From IMG/VR virus record IMGVR_UViG_3300025381_000009: a stretch of 64,000 bases of DNA. The stretch is one strand, 5' to 3'. The notes beneath the pieces were generated by a model that saw only the letters and a list, made by a program, of their open reading frames with translations, was not told the origin of the DNA and ran no database searches. Position 1 is the stretch's first letter. Every line of letters starts with the position of its first letter. The DNA comes from a virus. The position numbers were made by a program, and so were the translations under genes. Shown in pieces: positions 25,461 to 36,068 of the stretch.

Positions 25461-26380
25461 GATACGCTTCCCCAAACATTTCCTGTTGTTATATAAGTGA
25501 GTGTATGTCCGTTCTTACTAATTGCGGCTCCACCTGAAGCTCCTATAGTCGAACCTCCATTAGGTGCTCTTCCTCCTGATGCGCCCCATCCTCCACCACC
25601 TCCACTACCATCCGTACCGCCTCCATTATTGCCCCCTCCATTTGAAGATCCACCATTTCCTCCAGTGTAGTTATAAAAGGTAACATGATAAAGAGCACCG
25701 CCACCACCACCTGCGCCACCACCAAAGCCACCTGCGGAAGTGCCAGAACCTCCAGAACCCCCAGAACCAGGTAATTGTCTACCACCTCCACCTCCAGCCC
25801 CGTAATAAACACAAGTACAACTCCCACAACAAAAATACTTATAATAGCTTCCATTACCACCCGCTGAACCAATGCTTCCACCACCCCCTGGACTAGAACA
25901 ATTAAGACCAGCGCCGCCACTACCACCACCTGCGCCACCACCACCTCCCGAACCTTGACCGCCTGCACCTCCACCGCCTCCCGCAATATAACTATTGTTG
26001 GTTATAGAAGTATCAAACCCTAATGATAATGCAGGCCCTCCTGCGGTGGCATTTATTGACGTACCGCCATTAACACCGATAGAACCAATACCACCACAAC
26101 CAATAATATATCCGTTATTAACAAGAGTTAACGTATCTCCAGTTGTTCCACCAGTGAGTGTTAGTCCATAATTACCTGTACTAGATGCCCATAAATAAAC
26201 GCCACTGTTGACAGTTACAGTAACTATAGTTTTACCTGCTACATATCCAGTAATAGTGGATATATTTAAAGAAGCATTGGATGTGGATGTAGTGAATGTG
26301 TATGAGGCAAGAGCAGGTCCACCCGCAGTAAGACCAAACCCTTTTCCAGACATTCCGCCTCTTGTAATAATTGTTGGCAT
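25457..26380 (-). CDS. Gly-rich receptor-binding adhesin (T-even gp38-like)
   Basis: LVNNGYIIGCGG, GGPALSL, polyglycine runs, C-terminal GGAAISKNG.....GNVWGSV. Confidence 0.65.
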   Translation of the reverse strand: MPTIITRGGMSGKGFGLTAGGPALASYTFTTSTSNASLNISTITGYVAGKTIVTVTVNSGVYLWASSTGNYGLTLTGGTTGDTLTLVNNGYIIGCGGIGSIGVNGGTSINATAGGPALSLGFDTSITNNSYIAGGGGGAGGQGSGGGGGAGGGSGGAGLNCSSPGGGGSIGSAGGNGSYYKYFCCGSCTCVYYGAGGGGGRQLPGSGGSGGSGTSAGGFGGGAGGGGGALYHVTFYNYTGGNGGSSNGGGNNGGGTDGSGGGGGWGASGGRAPNGGSTIGASGGAAISKNGHTLTYITTGNVWGSVS

Positions 26381-26797
26381 TTAAATCTCCTGAGCACCAA
26401 TAACTATTGGTTGTTTCATAACTATTGGTCTTCCGTTTGGATACCATTTATCAGATATTCTTATCTTTGAATCTTGAACGCCTTGTTCACTTGCGGCTTG
26501 CATTAACTTGCCATAATTATCTGGATCATCTTCTCTATCTTTGATAATATTTGTGAGCAGTTCACCGCAAAATAATTCAAATTCACGATTATTCAAATCT
26601 AAATTATGTGGATTCTCATAAACATCATAATCAAAGTCAAAACGGCTCATAATATATCCGTCTTCAACATATTTCATGATGCCAGATGCACCAAATTCCA
26701 AGATTACATCTTTGTATTTTCCAGTAAGTATCTGTGCTCTATTTTGAAATAAATTCAGATCTGAATATTCGTAGATGTAATCTATGTTATTTTTCAT
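26381..26797 (-). CDS. Hypothetical protein
   Basis: 138-aa ORF between fibre genes. Confidence 0.6.
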   Translation of the reverse strand: MKNNIDYIYEYSDLNLFQNRAQILTGKYKDVILEFGASGIMKYVEDGYIMSRFDFDYDVYENPHNLDLNNREFELFCGELLTNIIKDREDDPDNYGKLMQAASEQGVQDSKIRISDKWYPNGRPIVMKQPIVIGAQEI

Positions 26798-26800
26798 ATG

Positions 26801-27724
26801 TTATTTGAATTGTGTTACCGATGCCAATACAGTATAGGTTGCACTTGCTGTCTTGATAATCGTGTACGTATAGACATCAATACCTGACGCATTACCAGAG
26901 GTTGGTGCAGATCCTCCCTGCCACTTAGTCGTTACTCCAGATGAAGATCCATCAATTGTGAGCGTACCGTTCATGTAGTAAGCCGTAGATCCTTGGGTCG
27001 CTAGTATAGCAATAGTTGCAGACTGCCCAGTAGCCAAAGCCGTATTCATGGTTGTACCAGAGCTAAATGCCAAGTTTTGAGTCCAGTTGGCACTTGCGTT
27101 GGATGAATAGTACTGTACAGCGCCAGTGTTGTAATAGGCTGTAGGCGTAGAGTTAATAGCACCCGCAGTTGTATTTACAGTCTCAGCGGCGTTGGCTAAA
27201 ACAGAAGCAAAAGTAGATGTTGATCCACTGAAAGTTTGAGTAGCTGTCCATGAATTAGCAGTACTCAATGAAACTGTGGATAAAGTACCAGAAGTTGGGA
27301 ACGTAACAGATGTATTGGCTGTTAAAGTTCCTGTAAATGTATATGCGCCTGAGAATGTGACGTTTCCGCCAATAGTTACGGTACTAGATCCGTTATTAAC
27401 ACCAGTACCACCATAAGTACCAGACAATGTAGCACTTGAAGCAAATAATCCAGATGAGTTATTAGTTACAACGCCTGCTGTATTGAAGGCTGAATTGGTA
27501 ATTGATGTAGAAGCAGTAAGTGTAGAAAAAGATCCGCTTGTCGCCGCTTTAGTAGCCAATACCTGAACAGTACCGCCATTATCCTTATAGAACAACTTAC
27601 CATCCGTATAGTTCAGCGCCAACTCAGCACCAGTAGATCCGCTTGTTAAATTGGATGCTGATGGTACGTTAGTGGTCGTTCCACTAGCGTAAATTAGTAT
27701 TGGGGTATATCCACTTTGTGCCAT
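26801..27724 (-). CDS. Tail fibre protein
   Basis: AELALNYTDGKLFYKD N-terminal fibre motif; C-terminal KWQGGSAPTSGN..GIDVY. Confidence 0.75.
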   Translation of the reverse strand: MAQSGYTPILIYASGTTTNVPSASNLTSGSTGAELALNYTDGKLFYKDNGGTVQVLATKAATSGSFSTLTASTSITNSAFNTAGVVTNNSSGLFASSATLSGTYGGTGVNNGSSTVTIGGNVTFSGAYTFTGTLTANTSVTFPTSGTLSTVSLSTANSWTATQTFSGSTSTFASVLANAAETVNTTAGAINSTPTAYYNTGAVQYYSSNASANWTQNLAFSSGTTMNTALATGQSATIAILATQGSTAYYMNGTLTIDGSSSGVTTKWQGGSAPTSGNASGIDVYTYTIIKTASATYTVLASVTQFK

Positions 27725-27750
27725 GTTAAATTCCTTTTCTCAATTTTATC

Positions 27751-29931
27751 TTAGAACCCACCGCCTGCAACAGCACCCCATGTAGGAGACGCACTAGATC
27801 CTTGACTAATCATTACCTGACCTGCTGTACCGTATCCAGTTGTTCCAGTAGTTGCTGAGGATGTACCTAAATTAGTAGATAATCCAATTGCTCCACTTGC
27901 ATTAATGACGTGAGCATTATTAGGTGTTGCTCCCCAAGGAAAATATAATTTATAACCATTTCCAGAGCCAACACTTATATCTCCATCATGACCAGAAAAA
28001 TAAATTCCATTGTTAATACTGTAAAAATCAGCAAAAGTACCGCTTGCAGTAAATCCAGATGAATTCATTCCAAACTCACCATAATAAGATGAATCTGTTC
28101 CTAAATCATTACTTAAAACATAGTTTGTGGATGCACCAGAAGTATTTGATTTGTTTTGAATAACTGTCTGTAGATAGTTATTTGCAATCGTAGCACCAGA
28201 GGTAAATCCTGAATTACTCGCATTAAACGTCAAATTTGGCGTTGTGCTTGTAGTAGAGTTAACAATTAGTACGGGTACTGTTAAAACTGTTCCACTAAAC
28301 GTAAATCCAGAATAAGAGGACAACGCTCCAGTTCCATTTCCGTAAGGAATATAGCCTGCTGTTAATGTAGTAAGACCAGTACCCCCGTTTGAAACTGCTA
28401 ATGTGCCTGCAACAGTTACAGAACCAGAAGTTGCTGTTGATGGGGTAAGGCCAGTAGTTCCAAAAGAGATATTTGTAACACCACCAGAAACTGTTGCCCA
28501 AGAGGTATTTGTTCCATCTGTAGTCAGGTATTTACCTGAATTGCTTGTCTGACTTGGTGCAAGAGCGTTGAATGCGGCGTTGGCTGTCGTTTGTCCAGTT
28601 CCACCGTTTGCAATACCTAGAGTTTGAGTCCACTGAGGAGCAGATCCAGATGAACTTAAAAAATATCCAGATGTGCCAATACCAAGCTTAGATAAAGATG
28701 TACCACTTGCGTAGTATGTTATATCACCCGCTGTATAAGAAGATAATCCTGTACCACCATTTGCTATAGGTAAGGCAGTACCAGATAAGGTAATTGCAAA
28801 AGTACCGCTAGAAGTAATTGTTGATGGCGTAACCGATAAGAATGAAGGAACCGTCATGCCGACAGAAGTTACTGTTCCAGATGTTCCATTAGATGCAGAA
28901 GTAATTTGACCTTGAGCATTAACTGTCAAATTTGCATTTGTATAGCTACCCGCAGTTACCGCAGTATTTGAAAGAGCAATAGTTCCAGAAGAGGTGATAG
29001 TGCCTCCACTAAGACCAGTTCCCGCTGTAATTGATGTAACCGTACCGCCACCAGAAGCGCTAACTTGCTGAAGCACAAAAGCTGTTGTTGCAAGCTGAGT
29101 AGTATTTGTATTTAATGCGGCGGTAGGAGCAAGAGGAACTCCTGTAAAAGTAGGACTTGCACTTAAAACAACACTGCCAGTTCCAGTAGATGTTGTTGTA
29201 GCTGTTCCTCCATTGGCAACTGGCAAAATTCCAGTGACTCCAGAAGTAAGAGGCAATCCAGTTGCATTGGTAAGTACACCAGATGTAGGCGTACCGAGTG
29301 CAGGAGTAACAAAGGTAGGGCTTGTAAGTGTTGCTCCAGAAGCCAGAACAACCGCTCCGCTACCAGTGGTAGAGGACAACCCAATTGTTGGGTTACCGCC
29401 AGATCCACTGCCATTAGATATGGAAATACCAGTACCTGCTGTCAAGGTCACTGGAGTGGCTGTAGATCCTCCTGCAATTGCAAGTAAACCAGTGCCAGAA
29501 CTTGACGCAATATTGGACATGAAACTGTTAAGAGAAATCGTTGGATTTCCCGAAGTTCCATCTGGATTTGTAATTGTTATCCCAGACCCCGCCGTCAATG
29601 AGACAGCAGTCATGGTATTTGTGCCAGTCTTTACTTGTATACCATTACTCGTACCAGTAAGGGCTAAAGGAGCGCCTGTAAGCGATAGAACATAATTTGA
29701 ACCCGCTCCATTGTCAGTGCCAATTAAACCGCTTCCTGCCCCTATATAACGTGAATTAGCTAGGGTTGATGTCTGATTGGTAATCGTCAGGAAAGTCTGT
29801 GTCAAAGTAGGGGAACTGGCAATCTGCCCCACAGTCGTTTGTGAGGTTACGCCGTTTTGTACGATGGGCACAATCTCTGAGCCAGTCAGAGTTGATGCGG
29901 TAGGTAGTTGTGATATTTGTACTTGTGCCAT
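27751..29931 (-). CDS. Long tail fibre protein
   Basis: VQISQLP N-terminus, repeated LP(V/I)ANGGT(G/A) and VT.I..GTGL motifs. Confidence 0.8.
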   Translation of the reverse strand: MAQVQISQLPTASTLTGSEIVPIVQNGVTSQTTVGQIASSPTLTQTFLTITNQTSTLANSRYIGAGSGLIGTDNGAGSNYVLSLTGAPLALTGTSNGIQVKTGTNTMTAVSLTAGSGITITNPDGTSGNPTISLNSFMSNIASSSGTGLLAIAGGSTATPVTLTAGTGISISNGSGSGGNPTIGLSSTTGSGAVVLASGATLTSPTFVTPALGTPTSGVLTNATGLPLTSGVTGILPVANGGTATTTSTGTGSVVLSASPTFTGVPLAPTAALNTNTTQLATTAFVLQQVSASGGGTVTSITAGTGLSGGTITSSGTIALSNTAVTAGSYTNANLTVNAQGQITSASNGTSGTVTSVGMTVPSFLSVTPSTITSSGTFAITLSGTALPIANGGTGLSSYTAGDITYYASGTSLSKLGIGTSGYFLSSSGSAPQWTQTLGIANGGTGQTTANAAFNALAPSQTSNSGKYLTTDGTNTSWATVSGGVTNISFGTTGLTPSTATSGSVTVAGTLAVSNGGTGLTTLTAGYIPYGNGTGALSSYSGFTFSGTVLTVPVLIVNSTTSTTPNLTFNASNSGFTSGATIANNYLQTVIQNKSNTSGASTNYVLSNDLGTDSSYYGEFGMNSSGFTASGTFADFYSINNGIYFSGHDGDISVGSGNGYKLYFPWGATPNNAHVINASGAIGLSTNLGTSSATTGTTGYGTAGQVMISQGSSASPTWGAVAGGGF

Positions 29932-30275
29932 TATGAGCCTATAACAATTTCGTCTTCATCACCATTGACCAGTCCTGGGGAAGATGTATTCGTACCAGTT
30001 GATAGTATAGAGTTGCTGTACTGTCCAGTGATCAACTGATTGTTCGGTACATTGAGCGCCAAATCAGGTCTTGGGAACCTTAAATTAATACGCTCAGTCT
30101 TCCTTGCAGGCAATCTGTATGGATCTTTCTCGTCCATACAACCCTCTTCACAAACCCTAAGACCTGGAAAGTTAACGTCTGCGTGCAAAGTAGAGAAGAC
30201 ACGCTTCATCTTACAGCGATCACATACCGCAATCGCTATACTTGCATACCCCTCAGTATCAAGGAACATTGGCAT
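29931..30275 (-). CDS. Conserved CxxC-containing late protein
   Basis: VCDRC ... [16 protein letters not shown]...PRPD. Confidence 0.65.
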   Translation of the reverse strand: MPMFLDTEGYASIAIAVCDRCKMKRVFSTLHADVNFPGLRVCEEGCMDEKDPYRLPARKTERINLRFPRPDLALNVPNNQLITGQYSNSILSTGTNTSSPGLVNGDEDEIVIGS

Positions 30276-30277
30276 AG

Positions 30278-31351
30278 TTACCTCGTATAGACGCTGATAT
30301 TAGGAGCCAAATAGATTGGCGATTTGTCTCTTTCCTCAAGCTCAGCCATTTGGAAGTACTTCTCAGCCTGTCCTTCAAGATACTGAATCCTAGGAATCTC
30401 AACTCCAGGTAACTCAATACTCATTTGGTGAGCCAACATAGACTGAATAGCCAACATCCACCGATCTGGTATTTCCAATTGGCTTGTTAAAGCCCCAACA
30501 TCCATCACTTGGCGTGAATACCACACAGTTGCTTGAACAAAATATGTGCTTGGCACAGGCCACAAATAAAATGTAGGCTGTGGAATTGTTCGATCAAACC
30601 AGTACTGATAAGGCTGATTGGCTGTAAAGTTCTGATTAGGTAGGTTTGTGTAGTCATCTCTGTTCAAACGTGACATTTGAAGCAGTCTGGCATTGTTACC
30701 AAAGTAAAGTTCACGTAAAGATAGGGTTGTGCCACCAGTGGCAACCATTCTGTAGTACGGAACATTAAGTCCTGGGTCAATATCTTGCCAAACCCACTGA
30801 GAATCTGTCACTGCAACGCTTGTGCCAGTGTAAAGAGTAGTCCAATTAGTGCCATCAGCAGAGCCTTGGAAGGTGTAATTCCAAGATTGGCTACCTCCAC
30901 CAGAGATATAGGGCATAAAGCCTATAGAACCAATGTAATTTGGGTTGCCAGTGCCGTAAAACACTGAAATATTGCCGTTTGCTGAGGTCTGTTGGCAATA
31001 AGTGTTGATATTATTGTCGTAAACATTAGCAACCATTCCCCCTGCGCTTGTTGTATAGCTACCAGAAGGCTGATTCATGGTGCGATACAGCGCATTTAAG
31101 ATGTCATTGGCACCATTGGGCAGGGAATAAATGTATTGATCAGCGTTAAGCCCTAAAACTAGCTTATCTACCGCCCAGTACTGAATACCTTGGTTGATTA
31201 GGTTAGACAGAATGTAAAACAGGGACTCTTTAGCAGACTGTACCTGCTCATCCGTTAACTCTTCAGCAAGCTTACCCGCACGCCGAGCACCGTGATCTAT
31301 CAATGTTTGGACATTGATGACTGTATTGCCAACGGTTCCTGAATATGACAT
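30278..31351 (-). CDS. Second adaptor-like protein with inserted discoidin/F5-8C-like domain
   Basis: LNRDDY.NLPN...PYQYWFDR, YLWPVP; insert QGSADGTNWTTL...YYRMV. Confidence 0.6.
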   Translation of the reverse strand: MSYSGTVGNTVINVQTLIDHGARRAGKLAEELTDEQVQSAKESLFYILSNLINQGIQYWAVDKLVLGLNADQYIYSLPNGANDILNALYRTMNQPSGSYTTSAGGMVANVYDNNINTYCQQTSANGNISVFYGTGNPNYIGSIGFMPYISGGGSQSWNYTFQGSADGTNWTTLYTGTSVAVTDSQWVWQDIDPGLNVPYYRMVATGGTTLSLRELYFGNNARLLQMSRLNRDDYTNLPNQNFTANQPYQYWFDRTIPQPTFYLWPVPSTYFVQATVWYSRQVMDVGALTSQLEIPDRWMLAIQSMLAHQMSIELPGVEIPRIQYLEGQAEKYFQMAELEERDKSPIYLAPNISVYTR

Positions 31352-31354
31352 TGA

Positions 31355-31879
31355 TTACCACCCTGGGCATTTCCAACGCTTAAGAGATGCTTTTGCCCGT
31401 TCTGCATCACCTTTTGAATGACTTACTACACCAGACATACGGGCACAGAATGAATCTTTTCTGCTTCCACCTTGGGGCTGTGGAGCCTTTAGATGGGAAC
31501 CCGTCTCTCTGTTGTACTTTTCCCTACCTTTGGCGGTTAATCCTGCGCCCTTAGATACTGGCAACTTCTCGCCCCTACCTACCGCAAGACTTGGACCGCC
31601 TTCCTTTTTCTTTACTGTTTTGGCTGACTCTCTGAACGCTTCAGCAGTTGGCGCACCTTTGCTACCAGGCTTACGCATATGTTCTTTAGAGCCGTGAGCA
31701 ATACGCTCTTGTTTAGCGTGAATATTGGCATATAGTCCACCTTCTTTGAATTTTTTACCTTTATCAGCACTGGCAAAATCTTTGCCGACCTTTTGGGAAA
31801 TTCCAACCTTCTTGGCGAAAGCGGGGCTGTGAGCCACCGCCTCCATCAAGTTGTGTTGAGCTTTAGACTTGCTAGGCAT
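31355..31879 (-). CDS. Basic protein built of three small modules joined by KEGG linkers
   Basis: FKEGG and KKEGG separate MPSKSKAQH.., LYANIHAK.. and GLTAKGR..SFCARM..RWKC blocks. Confidence 0.7.
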   Translation of the reverse strand: MPSKSKAQHNLMEAVAHSPAFAKKVGISQKVGKDFASADKGKKFKEGGLYANIHAKQERIAHGSKEHMRKPGSKGAPTAEAFRESAKTVKKKEGGPSLAVGRGEKLPVSKGAGLTAKGREKYNRETGSHLKAPQPQGGSRKDSFCARMSGVVSHSKGDAERAKASLKRWKCPGW

Positions 31880-34545
31880 TATGCTTGTGACTCTTGCCAG
31901 TTGAGACGAGCCACAACAGTGTTTGAAGCACCTGCTGATAGCGTAGTGGCAACAATGTACAGAATGTCTGGTCCATCTGGATATTGACCTGATTGAGATG
32001 TTGGAACACTGTTAGATGTGCCACCACCGTTGGCAGAATTACCAATCGCAGAGATAGATGCTAAAGGATAACTGGTTTGACCAGAACTATTTGTATAGAA
32101 AGCCGCAATTGACTCACCACCTGAAATAGTCAATGTGTTGGTTGTATTAACCGCAATCTGAACCAAAGAACTGGTATTGGTACCGCCCTGAACAGGAGAT
32201 ACAAAAGAACCAGAGAATGCTCCAGAAGGTATACCGTTAAGAACCAATTGAATAAGATATGTTGTATTGGTAACAACAGCAATCTCGTTCAGTTGTAACT
32301 GTAAACGATTAATAACTTCTTTAATACCAAGCAATCCAACAGTACCATTATCAACAGATGGAGCCAAACGAATAGCCATAATTGGCACGTTAGCTGTGCT
32401 GTTAGGGCTAGTCAAAGCGGTCAACATACCGTAGTTGTAAATAGCAGATACGTCTTGATTAAATCCACCATCCATCACCACTGAAGAACCCCAGTGAGAC
32501 AACATCGCCGCAGAATCAGGAGTCGCATATTCAACAGCCACAGGAGCAGTTGCAGAATATGTGAATGCCGTAGCCGCAGATCCACCAGTTGTACCACGAG
32601 TCAAACCAGTCAACTGTGGATAACCTGTTGATGAATTAGCCGCACTTGTTATTCCAGTGTATGTGAAATACTCAATAACACCAGATGTACCGCTACCAAT
32701 AAATCTAGCAGTACCACCTGCGGGGTTAAATCCTGCTGTACTCAATACATTGATTGTTGTATCTGTAGATGCAACACTAGATGTAATTGATGTAATTGGT
32801 AATACACCATTTTGCTCATAATGAGATGGTAAATTACCAGATCTCATGTAAGCAGTGTAGTTTACGTTATTGTTTTGGAAGTTGTAGATGTAAGTAATCG
32901 AGCCACCAGTGGTTCTAATGCCAAATCTAGCTACACCTGCACCATACCAAGAGTAGTCAATGTAGAACATTTGTACTTTGGTGAGGTCAAGGTTGTATCC
33001 AGATGGGTTAGATGCTGATGAAGATCCATCTAATACGTCATACCAAGATGATTGAGGTACTTTTTGGTCAATAGTACGGGACACAATTGCATTTGCAATC
33101 GTAGTTCCACGATACTCAGGACTAATGTACATACTTGTATCACTTGCAATACTTAAAACACGATAAGATTGACCACGAATAACAATATAGTCACCCACAA
33201 CCAATTGTGTAGTAAATTGAGTGCTTGAACCAGTAACTGCACCACTTCCATTGGTAACAGAAACTGTTCCAACTATTTGATTGATTGAGTTGCGATAAAC
33301 CGCATACAGTGTTTGCCCATCATATTGGAAGAAAAGACCGTTTTGTTGATCAAAAAATCCAATCTTATTGCTTGCGCCGTACCAAGAATATGGACTTACG
33401 TGAATAAATCCACCCGTGGAAGTTGCAGGCGTTGCTGAGGGAACAATGTTATTCAGCGTTGTATAAGTAAAAGTTAATGCAGTAGGTACTGTTTTGACAA
33501 CAAAAGTACCGTTATAAGCACTTTGATCAGCGCCAGTGACAACAATAACCGTGTTAACAGTCAAATTGTGCGGGAACTTGGTTGTAACAGTAACTGTTGC
33601 ACTAGAAGATGTCAGTACTGGTTGCTGAAGCTGTGGCTTAAGAATTGTTCCAGTAGAGAATTGAATACCTTTACCTGATTGGTAACGGAAATATCTACGA
33701 GTTTGACGTTGCAACAATTGATTTGGTATTGAAGCGCCAACCGTAAAGTTTACAGATCCATCATAAGCGTGTGTATCAACATATCCCGCAGGACGAGCGT
33801 ACAAATTGCTCTGACCCGCTGTATTAGCGATTGTGGTCGAAGGTGTACCGTTGATATTGGTGAACGTAAATGTCGTTGCTGTGGGCGTTGTAGCCACAAT
33901 CTGAGGGCCATTTATCGTTGTCGCTGTGCTTGGTCCAGTCGTTCCAGTGATATAAATCAAAGAACCTGCTGATAAACCATGTGGATAAGTAGTTGTACAA
34001 CTAATTGTTGAACCACTAAAAGTAAATGCTGTTGTACCAGTTAAGTTGTAAGCATAGTTGCTATACGTATAACCTAGGTAAACATAAGTAGAAGTAGCCG
34101 ACCAACAAGTAGCTGTTGTGATTGGCTGAGCCATGTTTACAGTAATAGAAGTGGCTGTAGAACCGCCTCCAGAAGCCACCCAACCCCAACCATTAGCGTT
34201 AGGGTCAATTGCATCTTCAATGAAGATTGGAGAGCCGTTTGGCACGTTTGAGGAGGTCATTGTTATGACCAACTGATTTGTTGTGGACTGATTACCCGCA
34301 ATAGCTGATACTGGTAATGTGGCATTACCTAAGTAATACAACGATGCGCGGTTGTTTTGCATCGAGGTTTGTTCCCACTTCGTACCTTGCTGACCATATT
34401 CAAAGTCAGTATCAATCAAGGACTGCGGTGTTGAAACACGCATCTTGTCTACTGGATCATACGCAGTAGAACGCTGTGCCTGCTGAATTCTTAATTGATT
34501 ATCGGAATTGGATGACGGACCTGTATAGACTGAGATTTCAGACAT
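31879..34545 (-). CDS. Large virion structural protein with repeated beta-sandwich inserts
   Basis: 888 aa T/S/G-rich; KMRVSTPQSLIDTDFEYG, RQTRRYFRYQSGKG, TxPHxLxxG repeats. Confidence 0.65.
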   Translation of the reverse strand: MSEISVYTGPSSNSDNQLRIQQAQRSTAYDPVDKMRVSTPQSLIDTDFEYGQQGTKWEQTSMQNNRASLYYLGNATLPVSAIAGNQSTTNQLVITMTSSNVPNGSPIFIEDAIDPNANGWGWVASGGGSTATSITVNMAQPITTATCWSATSTYVYLGYTYSNYAYNLTGTTAFTFSGSTISCTTTYPHGLSAGSLIYITGTTGPSTATTINGPQIVATTPTATTFTFTNINGTPSTTIANTAGQSNLYARPAGYVDTHAYDGSVNFTVGASIPNQLLQRQTRRYFRYQSGKGIQFSTGTILKPQLQQPVLTSSSATVTVTTKFPHNLTVNTVIVVTGADQSAYNGTFVVKTVPTALTFTYTTLNNIVPSATPATSTGGFIHVSPYSWYGASNKIGFFDQQNGLFFQYDGQTLYAVYRNSINQIVGTVSVTNGSGAVTGSSTQFTTQLVVGDYIVIRGQSYRVLSIASDTSMYISPEYRGTTIANAIVSRTIDQKVPQSSWYDVLDGSSSASNPSGYNLDLTKVQMFYIDYSWYGAGVARFGIRTTGGSITYIYNFQNNNVNYTAYMRSGNLPSHYEQNGVLPITSITSSVASTDTTINVLSTAGFNPAGGTARFIGSGTSGVIEYFTYTGITSAANSSTGYPQLTGLTRGTTGGSAATAFTYSATAPVAVEYATPDSAAMLSHWGSSVVMDGGFNQDVSAIYNYGMLTALTSPNSTANVPIMAIRLAPSVDNGTVGLLGIKEVINRLQLQLNEIAVVTNTTYLIQLVLNGIPSGAFSGSFVSPVQGGTNTSSLVQIAVNTTNTLTISGGESIAAFYTNSSGQTSYPLASISAIGNSANGGGTSNSVPTSQSGQYPDGPDILYIVATTLSAGASNTVVARLNWQESQA

Positions 34546-34562
34546 ATTTCACCTATTAGAGT

Positions 34563-34584
34563 GGTGGGAGCCGAAGCCCCCACC
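34563..34584 (-). other. cUUCGg tetraloop hairpin
   Basis: GGTGGGGGC-TTCG-GCTCCCACC, 9-bp stem, no U-tract, directly after 34590..36056. Confidence 0.7.
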
Positions 34585-34589
34585 GATTT

Positions 34590-36056
34590 TTACTTCTTGG
34601 CTCTACCGCCGTGCTTTCTAACCATTTCAGGATTTACAAAACCTCTTCCTGCGCCTGCACTTCTTGGAGTAATCCTTGAAGCTTCAGCGTAAGAAGCGGA
34701 ATCTCTAGCCCTTTGCTTAGCATCAGCAACGTCTTGTGGAGATACATCTCTCATATTTTGACCAGGAGCAAATTCCATCATCCTTCGATCATAATCAGAT
34801 ATAGCTCCCCCATCCGCATGATGCTTTACTTGTCCACCCTTTTTGAAGGTGCCAGACAAGCGAGTTATCGCAACTGGTGGAGATGCAGGCTTTTTACCTT
34901 GAGGCATAGCCACAGCAGAACCCTGTTTATTAACAGCGCCCCCCGTGGCGAAGTGCTTTTTTGAAGCCTTGCCTCCGTGCTTAAAGCCACCTGCATTACC
35001 TTCCTTGACAGCGCCAGTAGTCTGCATACGCACACCAGGCTTAGTTGTGTCAGCAGGACGGTTTTCCCAATTTCCACCTTCAACAGTGTCTTTTAGGTTT
35101 AAGTCAGGAGCGGCGCTTCCACCTTTGGCAAAGTGGTGCTTACCACCATGCTTCATGTGAGCCTTACCACCGTGCTTGAATCCACCTGCGTTTGACTCTT
35201 TAACATCACCAGTACCATGTACGGAGTCGTGATGCTCGCCATCAACCATCATTGTGTTTTCATACTTTTTGGCAACATTTTCAGAAACAGTTCCACCAAT
35301 AGCGTATTTACCGCCCTTGCACATAGCTTTGTGGTGCTCCATCATTTTGCGATGATGAGCAGATCCACCTTCTTTGCACTTCTCAGCGTAATGCTTAGCC
35401 ATAGCCTTGTGGTGTTGCATAGATCCTTCTGGGTGACCAGAAACCTTATGAGCCTTACCACCATGCTTGAAACCGCCTGCATTGCCCTCTTTGACCATGC
35501 CAGTGCCATGAACTTTGTCATGGTGCTCACCATCATGCATTTCAGTCTGTAAGAACTTACCAGGTGCTTTTTCGTCAGTAGTTTTAGTCTCAAACTTGTC
35601 GATCCCTTTGCCCATTGCTGAGCCACCTTTTTTCAAGCCGTGATGAGCTTTACCCGCTTTCATGCTTTCATGATGCTTAAGTTCTTTCTCCATCTTAGCC
35701 ATCTTAGCGTCTTCACGATGTTGCTTGGCTTTAGACTCAACCTCTCCACCGTGAGCTTTATGAGCCTTACCACCCTTTTTCATCATGGGTGAGTTCATGC
35801 CTTGCATTGCAGCGCGACGAGCGGCTAAAGCACCCATTAAAGGGTTTTTAGAAGGCATCATTCCACCACGAGCAGGCATATTCATCATGCCACCCACTGC
35901 TTTGTGCATGGATTTATGACCATGCTCTTCGTGCTCTTTCATAGACTTATGATGAGCAGAACCACCTTTTTTGAGCTTTAAAATAACTGAAGGTTCATCA
36001 GTTATCATTTTTGGCATTTGGCTAAAGCCTCCTGCACCTTTGCTTGATTTGGCCAT
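34590..36056 (-). CDS. His/Lys/Met/Gly-rich low-complexity protein with many xxxGG repeats (probable internal core protein)
   Basis: LKKGG, MKKGG, FKHGG x3, FAKGG, FATGG, YAIGG, HADGG etc.; internal repeat DGEHHDxVHGTGxVKExNAGGFKHGGK. Confidence 0.7.
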   Translation of the reverse strand: MAKSSKGAGGFSQMPKMITDEPSVILKLKKGGSAHHKSMKEHEEHGHKSMHKAVGGMMNMPARGGMMPSKNPLMGALAARRAAMQGMNSPMMKKGGKAHKAHGGEVESKAKQHREDAKMAKMEKELKHHESMKAGKAHHGLKKGGSAMGKGIDKFETKTTDEKAPGKFLQTEMHDGEHHDKVHGTGMVKEGNAGGFKHGGKAHKVSGHPEGSMQHHKAMAKHYAEKCKEGGSAHHRKMMEHHKAMCKGGKYAIGGTVSENVAKKYENTMMVDGEHHDSVHGTGDVKESNAGGFKHGGKAHMKHGGKHHFAKGGSAAPDLNLKDTVEGGNWENRPADTTKPGVRMQTTGAVKEGNAGGFKHGGKASKKHFATGGAVNKQGSAVAMPQGKKPASPPVAITRLSGTFKKGGQVKHHADGGAISDYDRRMMEFAPGQNMRDVSPQDVADAKQRARDSASYAEASRITPRSAGAGRGFVNPEMVRKHGGRAKK

Positions 36057-36068
36057 AATTTATCTCCT

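Noticed and set aside
25543-25986. 147-aa V/E-rich ORF and similar alternative-frame ORFs in fibre genes
   Set aside because: Frame-shifted read of polyglycine/low-complexity codons (GGN to VV/EV); no independent signal.
25457-29931. Diversity-generating retroelement acting on the fibre/adhesin
   Set aside because: No reverse transcriptase and no template/variable repeat pair differing at adenines was seen.
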